Source: a virus. Taken from it: a DNA stretch of 12,968 nt. How positions within the stretch are numbered: the stretch's first letter is position 1; each line of letters opens with the position of its first letter. Shown here piece by piece: positions 11,330-12,968 of this stretch. The position numbers and the translations under genes are program-made. Location: the IMG/VR virus record IMGVR_UViG_3300045988_034679, positions 1-12,968 of that record; one strand, given 5' to 3'. The notes below the pieces were generated by a model that saw only the letters and a list, made by a program, of their open reading frames with translations, was not told the DNA's origin and made no database searches.

Positions 11330-12784
11330 ATGGCGTTTGAACAATTCCCCTATACAAATTTACACGACCTCAACTTGGATTGGCTGTTGAAAACGGTCAA
11401 GGACACCAAGGACATTCTCGACAACACCGACATCCCGCAGCACGTCAGGGACGAACTCACTGTAATGTATAACGATGGGCGGCTGGAGAAGCTGGTCAAC
11501 GAGCGGATTCTGGCCGGAATACAGGCAAAGGTGGACGCCAACGCTGAAAGCATCGGGACGGCGAAGGAGGACATTGCAGCGAACGCGGAGGCCATCGGGA
11601 ACTTGAAGGTGACTGCAACGCTGGCGATGTTATCGGCACCAGACGCAGTGTCCGGTGATCCTGATCGTGGATATTCGCTGTGTATGGTGATCTACAACAA
11701 AGATTTCTGCGTCGTTTACGACCACGGCAATGACAGCGCAAACCGGCTGTTGGAGTATCTGCGGCAGAATGGCGTCAAGAAAATTACGGCATTCGTCGGC
11801 TCCCACTATCACAGCGACCATTGCACACTGGCGGGCGTTACGACAATTCTCAACAGCGGGATTCCTGTGGAAAAGTGGTATCTGCCTAACGGCGCCGTCA
11901 GTTGGGATGCATTCAAAGGCGTGAATTATCAGGCCGTACAGACCAGCATCAAGAATGCAATTACCGCCGCCGGCGGCGTGATCGTGGAGCCTGCCACGGA
12001 GGGAATGATGGTACAGGTGTCCAAAGCCGTCTATCTGGAGTTTTACAATGTTGCAGCACCAACCATCGCAGGGTATTACAACTACACGCTGGACGAGGAT
12101 TTGACCGACACCGGCAACACCAATTACAACAACTTTTCCATGTGCGCCCGGCTGCGAGTCGGGGACAAAATTCTGGCGCTGACCGGCGACATCGAAGAGC
12201 CTGCACAAGATAAGATGTTCCCCATCGTGCAGGGCGTGGACGTGATCCAGTTACCACACCACGGACTTGATCTCCGGGACAGCCACACCTTTATCCGTTC
12301 CATGGGAGCATCCGTCTATTTGACTGCGGCATATGGCATCGCAAGGTTTTACCGGCTGCAGTATCTCAGCAATGCGATGCTGCATAGGGCGATCATGTCC
12401 GGAAATTCCCTGTCCACGCTGGGCGGAAAAACCATCGAAATGGTATTTGGTTACAATGGATGCTATGTAACGGCGCCGGGGGCGCCCACGCCAATAGGGA
12501 CGTTTGGAGAAAGCATCCCGGCGGGCAGCGACTTCAACGACTATCGGGAAATCGGGTTTGCGGGGTATGTCCAGAATGCCAGCGTTGCGGCCAAGGTTGC
12601 CAATATGCCGGGGGCTTCTGGTGGCCGTCTCTGGGTAATAGCCAGCAACCAAAACAGCCAGCCTCACGGTAGTCTGGTGCAGGTATTCCTCCCTGCGTTT
12701 AGCTATGCGCACCCGGAGGTTAGTATTCGGATGCTGGATGATGACGCATGGAAGCCCTGGAAGACGTTCAAGACAGCCGACTGA
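11330..12784 (+). CDS. Tail appendage / receptor-binding protein with an embedded metallo-beta-lactamase-fold hydrolase domain (484 aa)
   Basis: AAGGAGG RBS at 11316-11322. The N-terminal FPYTNLHDLNLDWLLKTVKD is a fibre-anchor-type motif, followed by the repetitive AKVDANAESIGTAKEDIAANAEAIGNLK. The MBL motifs are SHYHSDH (HxHxDH, 11801-11821), NNFSMCARLRVGDKILALTGDIEE (12182-12199 covers TGDIEE) and IQLPHHG (12251-12265), as in ComEC-type MBL domains. The C-terminal 150 aa or so, ending ...GRLWVIASNQ...LVQVF...IRMLDDDAWKPWKTF, resembles fibre knob domains. Confidence 0.75.
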   Translation: MAFEQFPYTNLHDLNLDWLLKTVKDTKDILDNTDIPQHVRDELTVMYNDGRLEKLVNERILAGIQAKVDANAESIGTAKEDIAANAEAIGNLKVTATLAMLSAPDAVSGDPDRGYSLCMVIYNKDFCVVYDHGNDSANRLLEYLRQNGVKKITAFVGSHYHSDHCTLAGVTTILNSGIPVEKWYLPNGAVSWDAFKGVNYQAVQTSIKNAITAAGGVIVEPATEGMMVQVSKAVYLEFYNVAAPTIAGYYNYTLDEDLTDTGNTNYNNFSMCARLRVGDKILALTGDIEEPAQDKMFPIVQGVDVIQLPHHGLDLRDSHTFIRSMGASVYLTAAYGIARFYRLQYLSNAMLHRAIMSGNSLSTLGGKTIEMVFGYNGCYVTAPGAPTPIGTFGESIPAGSDFNDYREIGFAGYVQNASVAAKVANMPGASGGRLWVIASNQNSQPHGSLVQVFLPAFSYAHPEVSIRMLDDDAWKPWKTFKTAD

Positions 12785-12795
12785 TACAGCCGGAG

Positions 12796-12968
12796 GCCGT
12801 GGCGTAAGAGCTGCGGCCTCTGGCGCTGTGGCCCAAGTCGTGGCCAAGTCGTGGCCAGGTCGCGGCCAGGTCGCGGCCGGTCCTGGTCATGGCCGCTGTG
12901 GCTGTTGGTTCGCCATTAGCTGTGCTTATGGGGGAAGCCGTATCATTAGTATATTATTAGGTAATCCC
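12796..12968. repeat. Right inverted terminal repeat (173 bp)
   Basis: It is the exact reverse complement of 1-173. It begins 11 nt after the stop codon of the last gene. Confidence 0.97.
12835..12878. repeat. Mirror copy of the four 11-bp tandem repeats inside the right ITR
   Basis: The copies are aagtcgtggcc (12835-12845 and 12846-12856) and aggtcgcggcc (12857-12867 and 12868-12878). This is the reverse complement of 91-134. Confidence 0.9.

Larger units (their letters stand above)
1..12968. mobile_element. Complete linear dsDNA phage genome (phi29-like / picovirus-type podophage, protein-primed replication), delimited by 173-bp ITRs
   Basis: The window starts and ends exactly at a perfect inverted terminal repeat. 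It encodes a protein-primed family-B DNA polymerase, a gp16-type packaging ATPase, a gp10-type connector, a gp9-type tail knob, a capsid protein and a lysis cassette. All genes are co-oriented and no lysogeny genes were seen. Confidence 0.85.

Noticed and set aside
12792-12821. Hairpin GGAGGCCG...CGGCCTCT after the last gene as a rho-independent terminator
   Set aside because: It has only a 7-8-bp stem, a 14-nt loop and no U-tract. Transcription would run off the linear end about 150 nt later anyway. The left-end copy lacks part of the stem because the ITR boundary cuts through it.
1-12968. Interpreting the terminal inverted repeats plus family-B polymerase as a transposon-like element (casposon, pipolin or polinton-like) or a linear plasmid
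   Set aside because: No Cas1, integrase, transposase or target-site duplication was seen. The element encodes a full virion set (capsid, connector, tail knob, appendage, packaging ATPase) and a lysis cassette. The polymerase motifs are of the protein-primed phi29 type.
1-12968. tRNA, rRNA, integrase/repressor (lysogeny) or known defence or anti-defence cassettes
   Set aside because: I could not recognise any cloverleaf-capable segment in the few non-coding gaps. I also saw no tyrosine or serine recombinase motifs and no HTH repressor. The absence is by eye only and should be confirmed with tRNAscan-SE and profile searches.

Overview
The window is bounded by a perfect 173-bp inverted terminal repeat (1-173 is the exact reverse complement of 12796-12968, checked base by base). 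It therefore looks like a complete 12,968-bp linear dsDNA replicon, not a chromosomal fragment. All supportable genes lie on the + strand. They are tightly packed, often with ATGA-type start/stop overlaps, and are preceded by GGAGG-type ribosome-binding sites (Gram-positive style; GC appears moderately high by eye, not computed). The gene content is that of a miniature phi29-like (picovirus-type) podophage that replicates by protein priming. Three modules are visible. (1) Left module, 302-5680: a very acidic 59-aa protein, a minimal C5-cytosine-methyltransferase-like protein, two Cys-rich mini-proteins, a terminal-protein candidate coupled to a family-B protein-primed DNA polymerase (ExoI-III, DxxSxYP, Kx3NSxYG and YCDTDS motifs), a SpoVG-like nucleic-acid-binding protein, and a phi29 gp16-type packaging ATPase. 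(2) An intergenic strong promoter (TTGACA-18-TGgTATTAT) followed by a structured G-rich RNA leader. (3) A lysis and morphogenesis module: holin, SPOR-domain amidase endolysin, scaffold candidate with a perfect (PVQQ)x8 repeat, major capsid protein, hairpin, gp9-like tail knob, gp10-like connector, small collar candidate, and a tail appendage. The appendage combines a fibre N-terminus, a ComEC/Pce-type metallo-beta-lactamase hydrolase domain and a C-terminal knob. I saw no integrase, repressor, tRNA, rRNA or CRISPR array. Items most worth follow-up are the ITR architecture (terminal GGG plus four helically phased 11-bp repeats), the MBL-fold appendage, the SpoVG-like protein as a possible replacement for phi29 p5/p6, the atypical methyltransferase-like gene, and the structured RNA next to a pRNA-dependent type of ATPase. 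All homology statements rest on motif recognition and remembered reference sequences, not on computed searches.
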